IMG/VR virus record: IMGVR_UViG_3300007735_000798
Coordinates: 1 to 64,000 of that record
Direction: 5' to 3' (one strand)
From: a virus
Length of the DNA: 64,000 bases
Part shown: piece after piece, positions 20,041 to 30,004 of the stretch
Layout: each line of letters starts with the position of its first letter
Position numbering within the stretch: position 1 is the stretch's first letter
Program-made: the position numbers and the translations under genes
The notes under the pieces: generated by a model
What the model was told of the DNA's origin: nothing
Databases searched by the model: none
What the model saw: only the letters and a program-made list of their open reading frames with translations

Positions 20041-20952
20041 TTAGTATTTAAAATAAAATAAATTTTCCCAATTTGTTTGATTTTGTTGTATTAAATTTAA
20101 AATAATTTTACTATCTATCATTTTAGTTTGCGGCGTATTTATATTAGCATAGACAAGTTGAGAAATACTATTAATATCAGTAGTAATTGGAATACAATCA
20201 TTATAATCTTCTTTCCATCTTACCATCCATGGAATTTTATTAAATTGTGGATCTAAAATAAGTCTGGGGATTCCAAGTTGATAAGCAATATGACTTGGGC
20301 CGTTACATGTAAAAATACCATAACAACTTTTTCTTAACCATTTTAACGAATCAATAAAAGATGGATTTTTATCTATAAAAACATTAGATGGATAATCAAT
20401 ATTAAAATTACCTAAATTATCTATTTTTTTATCCCATTTTTCTATCATTGGAAAATAAATAGTATAAGATGGTAAAAATTCTGCCAATCTTAAAAGTAAG
20501 AGTGGTATATTATTATAAACATATCCTTCGGTACTGCTACATAATCCACAGTATATAATATTTTCTTTTTGCTCTATATAATTTGTATAAACCCTTGTTT
20601 GCTTAATAATGGATGGTTCTAGTCCATATTTTTTATAATTTAATCCAAGGGGATTTCTGAATAATAAATCAGGAACATTATATGTAATATCACTACTACT
20701 ATATTTTGCTTTTATTTCTTCTTGAAAATTTATATTATTAAGAATAGCATTCTCATGACTATATTTTTCTTCAATTTGTATTAATTGAAATTTATCACCA
20801 AAAATAAAATTTAAAGGTTCAAATACTTCATTTCTAGTTGAAATTAAATTAATATGATCGATATGTCTCTCTTTAAGAAAATAAGAAATTTGTAATGATA
20901 AAATACAATCTCCTAAACCATGCCCACCAATATTAATTAATTTATTATCCAT
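20041..20952 (-). CDS. GT9-like glycosyltransferase
   Basis: GLGDCIL at the N-terminus; NGPSHIAYQLGIP. Confidence 0.65.
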   Translation of the reverse strand: MDNKLINIGGHGLGDCILSLQISYFLKERHIDHINLISTRNEVFEPLNFIFGDKFQLIQIEEKYSHENAILNNINFQEEIKAKYSSSDITYNVPDLLFRNPLGLNYKKYGLEPSIIKQTRVYTNYIEQKENIIYCGLCSSTEGYVYNNIPLLLLRLAEFLPSYTIYFPMIEKWDKKIDNLGNFNIDYPSNVFIDKNPSFIDSLKWLRKSCYGIFTCNGPSHIAYQLGIPRLILDPQFNKIPWMVRWKEDYNDCIPITTDINSISQLVYANINTPQTKMIDSKIILNLIQQNQTNWENLFYFKY

Positions 20953-22046
20953 TATTTAGATAATATACTTTTAAATTTATTAAAAAGATATATACAAATT
21001 TTATTATTTTCTTCCAAAAATGTTCTAAGCTGATCCATTCCTTGAATTTTTTCTGGCATATTTTGATCGGTATCTTCTTTAATATCTTTAATTAATCCTT
21101 GATCAAAATTAATCCATGCGCCACTTTTTTTAGCAAATCCCCATTGAATTAACATATCTGCAATTTCATATTCCATCCAAACGCTTTTTCCATCGCTTCG
21201 CCCATGACGAATTGGATAAGTAACTTCAACTCCGTCTTTTTCATTTGTAGTTTTACGAAGAAGAATTTTAGACCAATGACCAATAATTTTATCACCTTCT
21301 AAAATTTGATCTGACTTATATCTTGGTTGAAATTCAAAAATCCAATCTGCATAATGTTGTAAAGCATTTCCACCAGAACTATTTGTAAGTTTTGGGTCAC
21401 TTTTTGCATATGGATTAATTTGAACATTTGAACGAACTTGTGAAATAAGCCCGCAAATATGGCCAAATGTAGAAAGAGGAAGCATAATTCTACGAAGAAA
21501 ATTTGAAGTAAGAACTGCGCCAGCAGCCACTTTAGCACTATCCTCAAATCCTTTACTCAAATCATTTTTAGAAATGAGAGCATCCATACTATCAATTAGA
21601 AAATAATAACGAGTATTTTCTGGATTATTCTTAATAAGCTCTAAAATTAATGTTGCCACATTTTCATATATATTAGAACGAAGAACAAAACATGTACCAT
21701 TATCCCATTTTTGGGGATCATCTACAAAATTAACTCCAGATATTTTTTTAACATTAGAATTAAGACGACCCTCTGCTTTAACTAAAAAGCCCTTCGAGTT
21801 TGGGACTGTTTTTAAAAAATTGTTCATGATAAGCAATGCAGAACTTGTTTTTCCGCCACCACTTACTCCAGTAAAACGAACAATCGCTGGAACTTCCAGT
21901 GCACCACCAAGTTCTGAATCTAAAAGAAGAGATCCAGTAGATACTTGGAAAACCTGTTCATCTTCAAAATTATAATGTGAATCTTTATTATCTTTTAAAT
22001 GAGAAGATAATATGTTTTTACCTGTTAGAGTGTTTTCTTTTGCCAT
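20952..22046 (-). CDS. recA: RecA/UvsX-like recombinase
   Basis: STGSL.LD..LGG, G..GGGKTS, AEG, IDS, SQVR, SGGNAL.HYA, KSGAW. Confidence 0.9.
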   Translation of the reverse strand: MAKENTLTGKNILSSHLKDNKDSHYNFEDEQVFQVSTGSLLLDSELGGALEVPAIVRFTGVSGGGKTSSALLIMNNFLKTVPNSKGFLVKAEGRLNSNVKKISGVNFVDDPQKWDNGTCFVLRSNIYENVATLILELIKNNPENTRYYFLIDSMDALISKNDLSKGFEDSAKVAAGAVLTSNFLRRIMLPLSTFGHICGLISQVRSNVQINPYAKSDPKLTNSSGGNALQHYADWIFEFQPRYKSDQILEGDKIIGHWSKILLRKTTNEKDGVEVTYPIRHGRSDGKSVWMEYEIADMLIQWGFAKKSGAWINFDQGLIKDIKEDTDQNMPEKIQGMDQLRTFLEENNKICIYLFNKFKSILSK

Positions 22047-22465
22047 AGATTTAAAAATTCTCTTAAGTTAAGAGCTTTATCTAAATCATATGATTTTTTG
22101 GATTTAAAAGCAATATTATTATTTTCTATATTAAATTTTTTTGTTTCTGGTAGTTCTAATTTAAATTTTTTATATTCTTGATTTAATAACTTTCTACCAT
22201 CATCTGATAATAACCAACATAAGCTATTTAATTTAAAATTTAAATTTAAACTATTCCAAAAATTTTCATTTGGAAAAATTTTAAATAAAAGATTAGCCAT
22301 TTTCATTTCTTTTGGCCAAATTATATTTACGTTTTCTTTTAAAAAACGTTTAATAAATTCTTTTTTATTTATGTTGATATTCTTCACAGAGTGAGCAGAT
22401 GTCTTCTGTAACTTTAAAGATTTGTCTTTTTTCACACCAGTATCCTTTAATTGTATAGTCTCCAC
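22025..22465 (-). CDS. Hypothetical protein (start uncertain, possibly GTG at 22387)
   Basis: Open frame abutting recA; the 5' part overlaps the Cys-rich ORF, so the true start is likely internal. Confidence 0.55.
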   Translation of the reverse strand: METIQLKDTGVKKDKSLKLQKTSAHSVKNININKKEFIKRFLKENVNIIWPKEMKMANLLFKIFPNENFWNSLNLNFKLNSLCWLLSDDGRKLLNQEYKKFKLELPETKKFNIENNNIAFKSKKSYDLDKALNLREFLNLWQKKTL

Positions 22466-22568
22466 CTTGACATGAGCATCTTTTTACTACTTCTTCTCTT
22501 TCATTTTCTGAACGAAATTTACATGTATGAAAATTTATAGAATTATTATCTAATTTTTCTATTGACAT
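22365..22568 (-). CDS. Small Cys-rich hypothetical protein
   Basis: 67 aa with 6 Cys; a sigma70-like promoter lies directly upstream. Confidence 0.6.
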   Translation of the reverse strand: MSIEKLDNNSINFHTCKFRSENEREEVVKRCSCQGGDYTIKGYWCEKRQIFKVTEDICSLCEEYQHK

Positions 22569-22574
22569 ATTTAT

Positions 22575-22602
22575 ATATTACATTCTTTTATAAGAATGTC
22601 AA
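22575..22602 (-). promoter_or_regulatory. Sigma70-type promoter with palindromic spacer
   Basis: TTGACA-N16-TAATAT-N6-ATG(22568); ACATTCTT-N4-AAGAATGT at 22580-22599. Confidence 0.55.
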
Positions 22603-23651
22603 TTATTTTTTAAATCATTTTCAACCATTAACTTAATTAAATCTTCAAATTTAATTTCTGGAATCCAATTTAATTCTTTTCTAGCTTTTTCAGAATTACC
22701 TAATAATAAATCTACTTCAGCTGGTCTATAAAATTTTGAATTTATTTTTACTAATACTTGTTTATCATAATAAACTGAATTTGCTGTTTTTTTTAAATAA
22801 AATTTTTCTTCGGATTCTGTCCCATGCCATTCTCCTAAAATATTAACTATTTTAAAAGATTTCTCGATAAATTCTTTTACGGTATGAGTTTCTCCAGAAG
22901 ATAAAATATATTCTTTTGGTTCGTCTTGATTTAACATTATCCAGATACCACGTACGAAATCTTTTGCATGACTCCAATCTCTTTTTGCATCAATATTTCC
23001 TAACTCAAGAGGTTCAAAATTTTCATTTTTATCTAGAGCTTTTTTAATTCTTGCTATATTTTTAGTAATTTTTCTTGTAACAAACTCTTCTCCACGACGT
23101 TCGCTTTCATGATTATATAAAAGACCTTGAATAGCATAAAGATTGTAACTTTCTCTATATACTTTTACAATATGTCTGGCGGCTGCTTTTGCCGCGCCAT
23201 ATGGACTTCTAGGTTTTAAAGGATGTTTTTCGTCTTGGGGACTGTAATCTACATTTCCTAATTCTTCAGATGATCCAGCATTATAAAAACGACAATTTGG
23301 GGCATGTTTTCTAATCGCTTCTAAACAACGTATAACTCCAACAGCATCTATATCAAATGTTTGTTCGGGAATTTGCCAAGAAGATCCAACAAAACTTTGT
23401 GCCGCTAAATTAATAAAGTAATCAGGGATTGTCTCTCTAATAATATTATCAATAGATTGAGAATCTGTCAAATCACCCGTAATTAATTTAAATCTAGGAT
23501 TATTTAATAAATGTTCAATATTTTTATAATTTTTTGTAGATGTTCGTCTAACCATACCAATAATTTCATGATCGGTATTCTCTAAAAGAAACTCCGCCAT
23601 ATAACTGCCATCTTGACCAGTTACGCCAGTAATAATTACTTTTTTACGCAT
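22599..23651 (-). CDS. gmd: GDP-mannose 4,6-dehydratase
   Basis: ITGVTGQDGSY, NLAAQSFV..S, SSE, PRSPYGAAK, NHESERRGEEFVTRKI, RDW.HAKD, RPAEV. Start moved to MRKK at 23651. Confidence 0.96.
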   Translation of the reverse strand: MRKKVIITGVTGQDGSYMAEFLLENTDHEIIGMVRRTSTKNYKNIEHLLNNPRFKLITGDLTDSQSIDNIIRETIPDYFINLAAQSFVGSSWQIPEQTFDIDAVGVIRCLEAIRKHAPNCRFYNAGSSEELGNVDYSPQDEKHPLKPRSPYGAAKAAARHIVKVYRESYNLYAIQGLLYNHESERRGEEFVTRKITKNIARIKKALDKNENFEPLELGNIDAKRDWSHAKDFVRGIWIMLNQDEPKEYILSSGETHTVKEFIEKSFKIVNILGEWHGTESEEKFYLKKTANSVYYDKQVLVKINSKFYRPAEVDLLLGNSEKARKELNWIPEIKFEDLIKLMVENDLKNN

Positions 23652-24072
23652 ATTCATTATCATCATTTTCATCGTTAGGATCAAAATTTTTTTGATTTTT
23701 TATAGTTTGTAAAAAAAACTTTTCTATTTTTTCTAAAATATTATTATATTTTTCTTGATAAATTTCCGTGCTTTCTGTAATTTCATCGTCATTTTGAAGT
23801 GCAGAATAAAATACATTTTTAGGAGAGTTTAAAATATCATTAATCATTTTTAAATCGGATTTGGCTATATTATTATGGGCAAATTTTTTCCAAGTTTTGA
23901 TGAATTCTTTTTGAACATAGTTTTTATTAAAATCATTTTCTTCATTTACTGAATTGGCAATTTGATTAAAACAAAAAAATAACATTGACCATTGTAAATT
24001 TGCCATAAATTTTTGTTCCAATGTTTGATCCATTGAATCACGTAATTCTCTATGAATATCTTTATCTTTCAT
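23644..24072 (-). CDS. Hypothetical protein
   Basis: 142-aa ORF with short overlaps to both neighbours. Confidence 0.6.
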   Translation of the reverse strand: MKDKDIHRELRDSMDQTLEQKFMANLQWSMLFFCFNQIANSVNEENDFNKNYVQKEFIKTWKKFAHNNIAKSDLKMINDILNSPKNVFYSALQNDDEITESTEIYQEKYNNILEKIEKFFLQTIKNQKNFDPNDENDDNEYA

Positions 24073-24922
24073 TTTTATATAATTGTATAGCTTTTTCTAT
24101 ACTATCTTTTACATTTGGTAGGTCTAGACCTAAATTTTCAATTTTAGACGTATCTAAAATACAATTACTTCTTTTAACTTTAAAATTTGCATTCTCAATG
24201 CTAATAAATTTCCAATTTGGATTTTCCAAACCATTTTCTTTTAAAATTTCTGTTACTGTTCGAGCGTCAATACTGCCTTTATTTGTAACATTATAAATTC
24301 CTAAAGGCCTATTTTTTTCGATAAATTTATAAATAAATTCTACAAGATCATCTACATTAGTAACAGAATTTTGTTGGCTAATTAAATTATTATAATTTAA
24401 AAGTTTCCAAAGATAATTTTTAGGTTCAGGAATTCCATTAAAAGGAATACGAATTCTAAAGATATATCTTTCTAAATGTTCGCTTAATTTTTCAAAAGCA
24501 TCTTTTGTTTTAGAGTAAAATGAACTAAATTCGCTATCACTCCCAAAATTTGGGAGATCATCTTCTGTATATGGATGAGAATAGCCATCATAAATACAAC
24601 CAGAACCAATATGGATAATTGGAATTCTAAAACGATTTGCAACTTTTGTTATATATAAAGGAACGGTTACGTTATAGTGATAACAATTTTCTTTATCAAT
24701 TTCACAACTTTCAACATTTGGTTTACCTGTATAACCAGAACAATTTATAATCCAATCAAAATAAGCTTTAGGGTATTCAGATTCTTTAGTAATAAAATTT
24801 ATTAATTCATTTGGATTTTCATAATTTATATCAGATTTACTAATATGAATAATATTATGTTTTTTATTATTTTTTGTTAAATAGTTTCCAATATATCCTT
24901 TTCCAATTACTAAAATTTTCAT
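24062..24922 (-). CDS. NDP-4-keto-6-deoxyhexose 3,5-epimerase/4-reductase-like SDR (NRS/ER, RmlD-related)
   Basis: G.GYIG, GYTGKPNVESCE, GCIY, EDD.PNF, SFYSKTK, RIRIP, NS.T motifs. Confidence 0.8.
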   Translation of the reverse strand: MKILVIGKGYIGNYLTKNNKKHNIIHISKSDINYENPNELINFITKESEYPKAYFDWIINCSGYTGKPNVESCEIDKENCYHYNVTVPLYITKVANRFRIPIIHIGSGCIYDGYSHPYTEDDLPNFGSDSEFSSFYSKTKDAFEKLSEHLERYIFRIRIPFNGIPEPKNYLWKLLNYNNLISQQNSVTNVDDLVEFIYKFIEKNRPLGIYNVTNKGSIDARTVTEILKENGLENPNWKFISIENANFKVKRSNCILDTSKIENLGLDLPNVKDSIEKAIQLYKNER

Positions 24923-24924
24923 AT

Positions 24925-26904
24925 TTATTTAATTGGGCATGCACCGCCTTCACACTCAATTCCCTCCAAAGCATCACTTCCAATATTCTGATTTATATTC
25001 ATAATTGGTTTTACTTTCGATTTTTTGTTTTCATATTGTTCTTTTGTGATTTCTTCATATGGAGCTTGTTTAAATCCATGTTTCTGTCTCAAAAGAAAAC
25101 TTACAGATTTAATTCCAGTTTCATAATTTTCAGAGAGCCATTTTTTAAGATCTGGTAATTCTTGTTCACTATAATAAGCTGTTACACTAACGGCATTATC
25201 CGACCAAACTTCTTGAAGTTTTTTAACCATTTCAAGTTGTTTAATAACACCCATATCATCAGCAAATAATGCTCCATCTGGTGTTTCACATGGGAATTCA
25301 ACAACAACAGTATCATGATTTTCAGATCCATCAAAATTAACTACATATTCTACATGATAACCCAAATCTCTACAATAAGTAACAAGTTGGTCATTACTTG
25401 CCATACGAACTCTTCTAGTATAATATTTTGAATAAGCAGGATGAACTCCTGGAGTTGAACCACCAAGAAGACTTAATGTTCCGCTGGGTTTAATTGTAGT
25501 TAATTTAATACTACGATTCCATCCACGCTCTTTACTCCATTCTTTATCAAATTTACGAAGTTCTTTATAACAAATATCAAGCCATTCAATTTTATCAAGA
25601 GATTGGCAAATACCAGTTACTCCAAGTCCGAGACGCATATTTTTATGTACAATTTTATTTGTCTCTTCATGAATGAATGGAAGAGCGGCAATAGCTTTTT
25701 GCGTCTTATAAAGAAGTTTGGCGCAAAGAATAAGCTCTTCTTTTGAAGTTATATTATTAAGATATAATTCAGAAAGATTACAACATTCATAAGAAGCTAG
25801 ACTAATTTCGCCACAAGGATTTGTACCAACGACATTATCTTCATCTGTAGGATAGAGATTACTATCTTTCATTGGGCCATCTTTTAAACGGCCATATTTT
25901 TGAGATAATGGAAGATTAAAAAATCCATATGGTTCTCCTTTTGCAAAACCCGTTTCACTATCCAATACATAACCATTACTCCATATCTCATTTGAAATAT
26001 GAGAAAAGTCATCTGCATAAATTGTATTATTGGACATGGCGCGCCAATTTGGAATATTCCCAAGTGACCAGTTTTTTGCACGAAGGAAAAGATAATCATC
26101 TGGATCACCGATAGCAATTTGCGCGCTACGACGAACATTGCCAGAAACCACAATTCCACCAATAATGTTACAAATATCAAGTACATCAATAGACCGAAGT
26201 TTTTTACCTTCTCTGGATTGAAAAATCTTATTAATTTTATCCATTCCATCAATCATAATTTGTGGTCCGCTTGCAACACCACCAAATCCACCAATTCGCT
26301 CGCCAGCTCCACGAATAAGAATTGTAGAATAATTAAATGACTTGCCTTTAATAAAAAAAGCTTCAAGAACTTTTTCTAAAAGACGGATCCAGCCTTCTCG
26401 ACTGTCGGGAACAATAAAATCTGCATCTTTTGTATTTTTATGGGTTATATTAACATCTTTTTTAATTCTTGGAAGCTCGTGAATATCTTCACGACGAATA
26501 GAAAAACCAACTCCACCACCGAGCATTAAATTTTCAAAAAGAAAAAGAAATGAGCGAATACTATTCATTGAAACGTTCCAACAATTAAGAAGAGAATTCG
26601 CTCCAAAACGATCTACTGTTGGAGTACCAAGTTGCCAAAGCATACGTCCAGCATAATTACATTTCAAATTAAAAATAAGATCAAAAAGTTGCTCAGCTTC
26701 TTCTTGAGTATAATTTGCGCCAATTTTTTGAGCGCCATTAATACAACGACGAATCGTCTCATGCCATTCTTCTGTTTTACCATCATCTTTTAATCTGGCG
26801 TATGTTCTTTTGTAAACAATATATCCAAGACCATTAAATCCCCAGTTGGGTTGTTTATCTTTATATTTATTGGCAAACTTCTCTGAAATAATTTCTGTAC
26901 TCAT
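24925..26904 (-). CDS. nrdJ: Class II (adenosylcobalamin-dependent) ribonucleotide reductase, monomeric RTPR type
   Basis: Y.RTYAR, GR.LW, LNC, GGGVG, GNVRRSA, TNPCGEI, CNL, KPSGT, C-terminal CEGGACPIK. Confidence 0.95.
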   Translation of the reverse strand: MSTEIISEKFANKYKDKQPNWGFNGLGYIVYKRTYARLKDDGKTEEWHETIRRCINGAQKIGANYTQEEAEQLFDLIFNLKCNYAGRMLWQLGTPTVDRFGANSLLNCWNVSMNSIRSFLFLFENLMLGGGVGFSIRREDIHELPRIKKDVNITHKNTKDADFIVPDSREGWIRLLEKVLEAFFIKGKSFNYSTILIRGAGERIGGFGGVASGPQIMIDGMDKINKIFQSREGKKLRSIDVLDICNIIGGIVVSGNVRRSAQIAIGDPDDYLFLRAKNWSLGNIPNWRAMSNNTIYADDFSHISNEIWSNGYVLDSETGFAKGEPYGFFNLPLSQKYGRLKDGPMKDSNLYPTDEDNVVGTNPCGEISLASYECCNLSELYLNNITSKEELILCAKLLYKTQKAIAALPFIHEETNKIVHKNMRLGLGVTGICQSLDKIEWLDICYKELRKFDKEWSKERGWNRSIKLTTIKPSGTLSLLGGSTPGVHPAYSKYYTRRVRMASNDQLVTYCRDLGYHVEYVVNFDGSENHDTVVVEFPCETPDGALFADDMGVIKQLEMVKKLQEVWSDNAVSVTAYYSEQELPDLKKWLSENYETGIKSVSFLLRQKHGFKQAPYEEITKEQYENKKSKVKPIMNINQNIGSDALEGIECEGGACPIK

Positions 26905-26915
26905 TGTAATTATAA

Positions 26916-26944
26916 ATTATACATCAATATGATTAACATGGCAA
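26916..26944 (-). promoter_or_regulatory. Sigma70-type promoter of nrdJ
   Basis: TTGCCA-N17-TATAAT-N11-ATG(26904). Confidence 0.65.
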
Positions 26945-26975
26945 AAAAATAAAAATTATCAAAAATAAAAATATT

Positions 26976-27314
26976 TTATTGAAGCTCTTTTGGTGTATGT
27001 TTCAGATTTCTTTTTTGCTTCCACTGTTTTGTGTAATTTTTTTTAATTGGATCATTTTTAGCTCCTCCACGTTTTTCACTAAGTTCTTTTGATAAATCGA
27101 ACATTTCACCAAAAGTTCCTGCTTTATTTGTTTTATCCATAAATGCGCGCTGTGAATACGGATCTATATTTGCATCAATACTTGCTTGTGGAACAACAAA
27201 TTCTCTATTCCATTTAAGACCATCTTCGTCAATATATATCTTTTCATCATTCATGTGAAAAAATATTTCACGAATTTCTTCTGTTTCTGGGTGACTAAAT
27301 AAATAGTAAGGCAT
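26976..27314 (-). CDS. FmdB-like small protein lacking zinc-ribbon Cys
   Basis: MPYY.F..P...E..E....M N-terminus. Start moved to the ATG at 27314. Confidence 0.55.
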   Translation of the reverse strand: MPYYLFSHPETEEIREIFFHMNDEKIYIDEDGLKWNREFVVPQASIDANIDPYSQRAFMDKTNKAGTFGEMFDLSKELSEKRGGAKNDPIKKNYTKQWKQKRNLKHTPKELQ

Positions 27315-27316
27315 AA

Positions 27317-28429
27317 TTAAATTGGTATCCAAGGTTGCTGTTTCATTCTTATATGGTTTTTAAATTCACCTTCTGTTTCATGATATCCTCTATAATGAAC
27401 AAATTTATTTTTATCATTGCCTTCTAATTTTTCATATTTATTTTCATACTTAACATGATCACAAACTACATGTGTAACACATGCAATTTTTACTCCTGCT
27501 GGATACCATTTATTCCAACATACAAATAAATCTTGAGTACCTTTTCCCTCATAACCATCGAAGTCTGCAAGTAAAAGAGCTTTTTCTGACATTAATGTGC
27601 ATCCAAATCCACACCAATCACTCGGGACGATAGACCCTTTACCAATTCCTGGATAAGCAAAATCAAGCCATCCTCTTCTTCTCCAACCATTTTTTGCAAT
27701 AATTTCCCATATATTTCCATTAGGTGGATATTTTTTAATCTTATTCCTCAATCTAATAAATCTTTTATGTTCTTTTTCCAATGAAGAATTAATTTTTTTA
27801 AAATCTTCGTCTTTTTCAAGATTTTCATTATTTTTATTAACAATTTTTTCTTTTAATTTTGATTCTAAATCTTTAATATTTTTTTCGCATTTTTTATATA
27901 AATTTTTAAATCTTTCTGGTAGTAATCTTTCTTCTGGTAAAAAATCTTCATTAATTTGAGTATTAGGGGTTCCAAATCCACCTAAAAATAATCCATTAAA
28001 ATAAGTGCATGCCGCTACATCATAATAGGGATCACCATTTGCTTGTGGCATATTTAATACCCACTCACTTATTTTTAAAGCATCTGGTGGTACTAATGTA
28101 TCAGCTTCTACGCTCCATAGCATTTTTGCTTTAATTTTTTTTGCATAATTAAAAGCTGCGGCTTGCAATGATGCGATAAGAAATTGGGATTCTTCTTTAT
28201 ATTTTTCTTTTGATTTATCATTAACATCCAAATTTATAGAAATGACTTTCCACTCTTCTGGCAATAAAATTTTTGCAAGCTCATAAGCTTCTTTAGCTTC
28301 TTTACTAGTATCTGTAGCAAAAACAAAATGAACATCTTTTTTATACGATGCTGCTGCATTTATTCTTGTTAAGAATTGTCTCCATGCAAATAAGTATGAT
28401 TTTGTTGCAAATGTTGCAATTACTAACAT
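27317..28429 (-). CDS. Putative GT-A glycosyltransferase with inserted charged coiled-coil
   Basis: WSVEAD, DWCGFGCTL, G.QD, CDH. Confidence 0.55.
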   Translation of the reverse strand: MLVIATFATKSYLFAWRQFLTRINAAASYKKDVHFVFATDTSKEAKEAYELAKILLPEEWKVISINLDVNDKSKEKYKEESQFLIASLQAAAFNYAKKIKAKMLWSVEADTLVPPDALKISEWVLNMPQANGDPYYDVAACTYFNGLFLGGFGTPNTQINEDFLPEERLLPERFKNLYKKCEKNIKDLESKLKEKIVNKNNENLEKDEDFKKINSSLEKEHKRFIRLRNKIKKYPPNGNIWEIIAKNGWRRRGWLDFAYPGIGKGSIVPSDWCGFGCTLMSEKALLLADFDGYEGKGTQDLFVCWNKWYPAGVKIACVTHVVCDHVKYENKYEKLEGNDKNKFVHYRGYHETEGEFKNHIRMKQQPWIPI

Positions 28430-28433
28430 TTTA

Positions 28434-28574
28434 TTATTTTTTCTTTAAATTTTTTCTAATTTGACTGGCTTTCGGAGACATTCTACGTAGTTCTCCATTT
28501 GGCATCATCATATATTTAGTACCATCTTTTAACTCAATTGTTTCGCCTAAATTTGGTTTTGGAGTAATAATCAT
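28434..28574 (-). CDS. Small hypothetical protein (46 aa, below the ORF-track cutoff)
   Basis: MIITPKPNLGETIELKDGTKYMMMPNGELRRMSPKASQIRKNLKKK*; fills the gap between two co-oriented genes almost exactly. Confidence 0.65.
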   Translation of the reverse strand: MIITPKPNLGETIELKDGTKYMMMPNGELRRMSPKASQIRKNLKKK

Positions 28575-28575
28575 A

Positions 28576-29664
28576 TTATACAGATTCCATAATTTTTAAT
28601 ATTTCATCGACCATTTTTGTATATGTAAATGTTTCTTGTAATTTTAATCCAGCCGTATTAATAGGATTTTGTTTATATCTAGATTCAACTTTATCTAAAC
28701 CATCAAGGAAATCTTGATCATTCCAATCAAAAATATTACCTTGATTAAAAGCATCTCCTTGTTTGAAAAAGATATTATCATAACAAGGAATTTTACCATT
28801 CGGATTTACGAGAACAGAATTATCGTCATTCATCCAGTCTTTATATGCGTGAGCATTAAGACCAATACAATGCTTACCAAGAGCTACAGACTGGAATTCT
28901 GGAAGTCCCCATCCTTCTCCACCACTCATTGCTAATACAATATCTATATTATTTAATAAATCATTATACATCTCATTAGATGGTAAATAATTTAAGAAAT
29001 TAATATTAAAATATCTTTGACCATTTAATGCTTGATTAATAATTTGAGATTGAACATTCGGATCTATAAAATGATTAAAAATGGCGCAATTTAAAAAATA
29101 GCCTTCTTTATTTCCATATTTTTTAATCCAATTTTGTAAAACTTTAATATGTCTTTTTCTTTGTGGCTCTAATTTGCCAAAAAGACCAAATTGAATTCCG
29201 TTTTTATTTTTAGGTGATACTTGTTTAAAATGAATATTGTCAAAACCTAGTGGAAGATATTGAATATTTTCTATTCCATAATTTTGGAAAACAGATACAG
29301 AATAATTATTTGAAAATAAAACTTTTGTATTATTTTTAATAATATTGATTTCAATATTTGTTGGGGAATCTACTTCATAAAAAGATAATAATACTTGTTT
29401 ATCAGAAAAAGACTCTAAACTTCCATTTAAATGCCATAATTTAAAAACTGGATTTTTTCTAGAGTGCTCAGATGGAGCACGAATAATTGACTGTTGAATC
29501 CAATTAAAAAATTCTTTATCCTGTACTTGTGTAGAAATATCTACATTTCCTATCGTAAATAATAGGACATCTACTTTTCTATTATAAAGTTCTCTTAGAA
29601 TCGAGAGAGAAACTTGACCAAGAGAAGTTGAATTTAAAGGTAAATGACAAGTAATTTTATTCAC
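28576..29664 (-). CDS. GT4-like (GT-B) glycosyltransferase
   Basis: PLGFD, GK.E..RK, GEGWGLP.FQ..A.GK. Confidence 0.85.
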   Translation of the reverse strand: MNKITCHLPLNSTSLGQVSLSILRELYNRKVDVLLFTIGNVDISTQVQDKEFFNWIQQSIIRAPSEHSRKNPVFKLWHLNGSLESFSDKQVLLSFYEVDSPTNIEINIIKNNTKVLFSNNYSVSVFQNYGIENIQYLPLGFDNIHFKQVSPKNKNGIQFGLFGKLEPQRKRHIKVLQNWIKKYGNKEGYFLNCAIFNHFIDPNVQSQIINQALNGQRYFNINFLNYLPSNEMYNDLLNNIDIVLAMSGGEGWGLPEFQSVALGKHCIGLNAHAYKDWMNDDNSVLVNPNGKIPCYDNIFFKQGDAFNQGNIFDWNDQDFLDGLDKVESRYKQNPINTAGLKLQETFTYTKMVDEILKIMESV

Positions 29665-29666
29665 AA

Positions 29667-29966
29667 TTAAAAAGGAATTTCTTCTGATTGTGGCAATTCT
29701 TCGCTATTTTTTGGGGTAACTGGTTTAGATTTATCAACTTTTTCAGATGATTTACTTGAAGATTGAGGTAAAGAATTATCAAAATAAACGCGATAATCTG
29801 GCTGATTAGATCCTTCAGTTTTATATTTATTTTTAAATACGATTACTTTAATTTCTTCTCCTGATTTTGTTTTAACAGAGCCTGTTAAGAAATTATTTCC
29901 AGTTTTTGATTTTTTAACCCAAAAAGCTCCAGCTTCTTGTAATTTAGTTTTTTCATTTGTATCCAT
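29667..29966 (-). CDS. DUF736-like putative single-stranded DNA-binding protein
   Basis: GAFW.K.S..G..FLTG, FKN..K....PDYRV; SSB-type acidic tail EEIPF. Confidence 0.7.
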   Translation of the reverse strand: MDTNEKTKLQEAGAFWVKKSKTGNNFLTGSVKTKSGEEIKVIVFKNKYKTEGSNQPDYRVYFDNSLPQSSSKSSEKVDKSKPVTPKNSEELPQSEEIPF

Positions 29967-29975
29967 AATTTTTAT

Positions 29976-30004
29976 ATATTAATTAATATTTATTTGTTTG
30001 TCAA
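29976..30004 (-). promoter_or_regulatory. Sigma70-type promoter
   Basis: TTGACA-N17-TAATAT-N9-ATG(29966). Confidence 0.6.

Noticed and set aside
1345-26904. Inteins or introns in dnaE, dnaB, recA or nrdJ
   Set aside because: Proteins are of normal length with contiguous motifs and no intein-like insertions.
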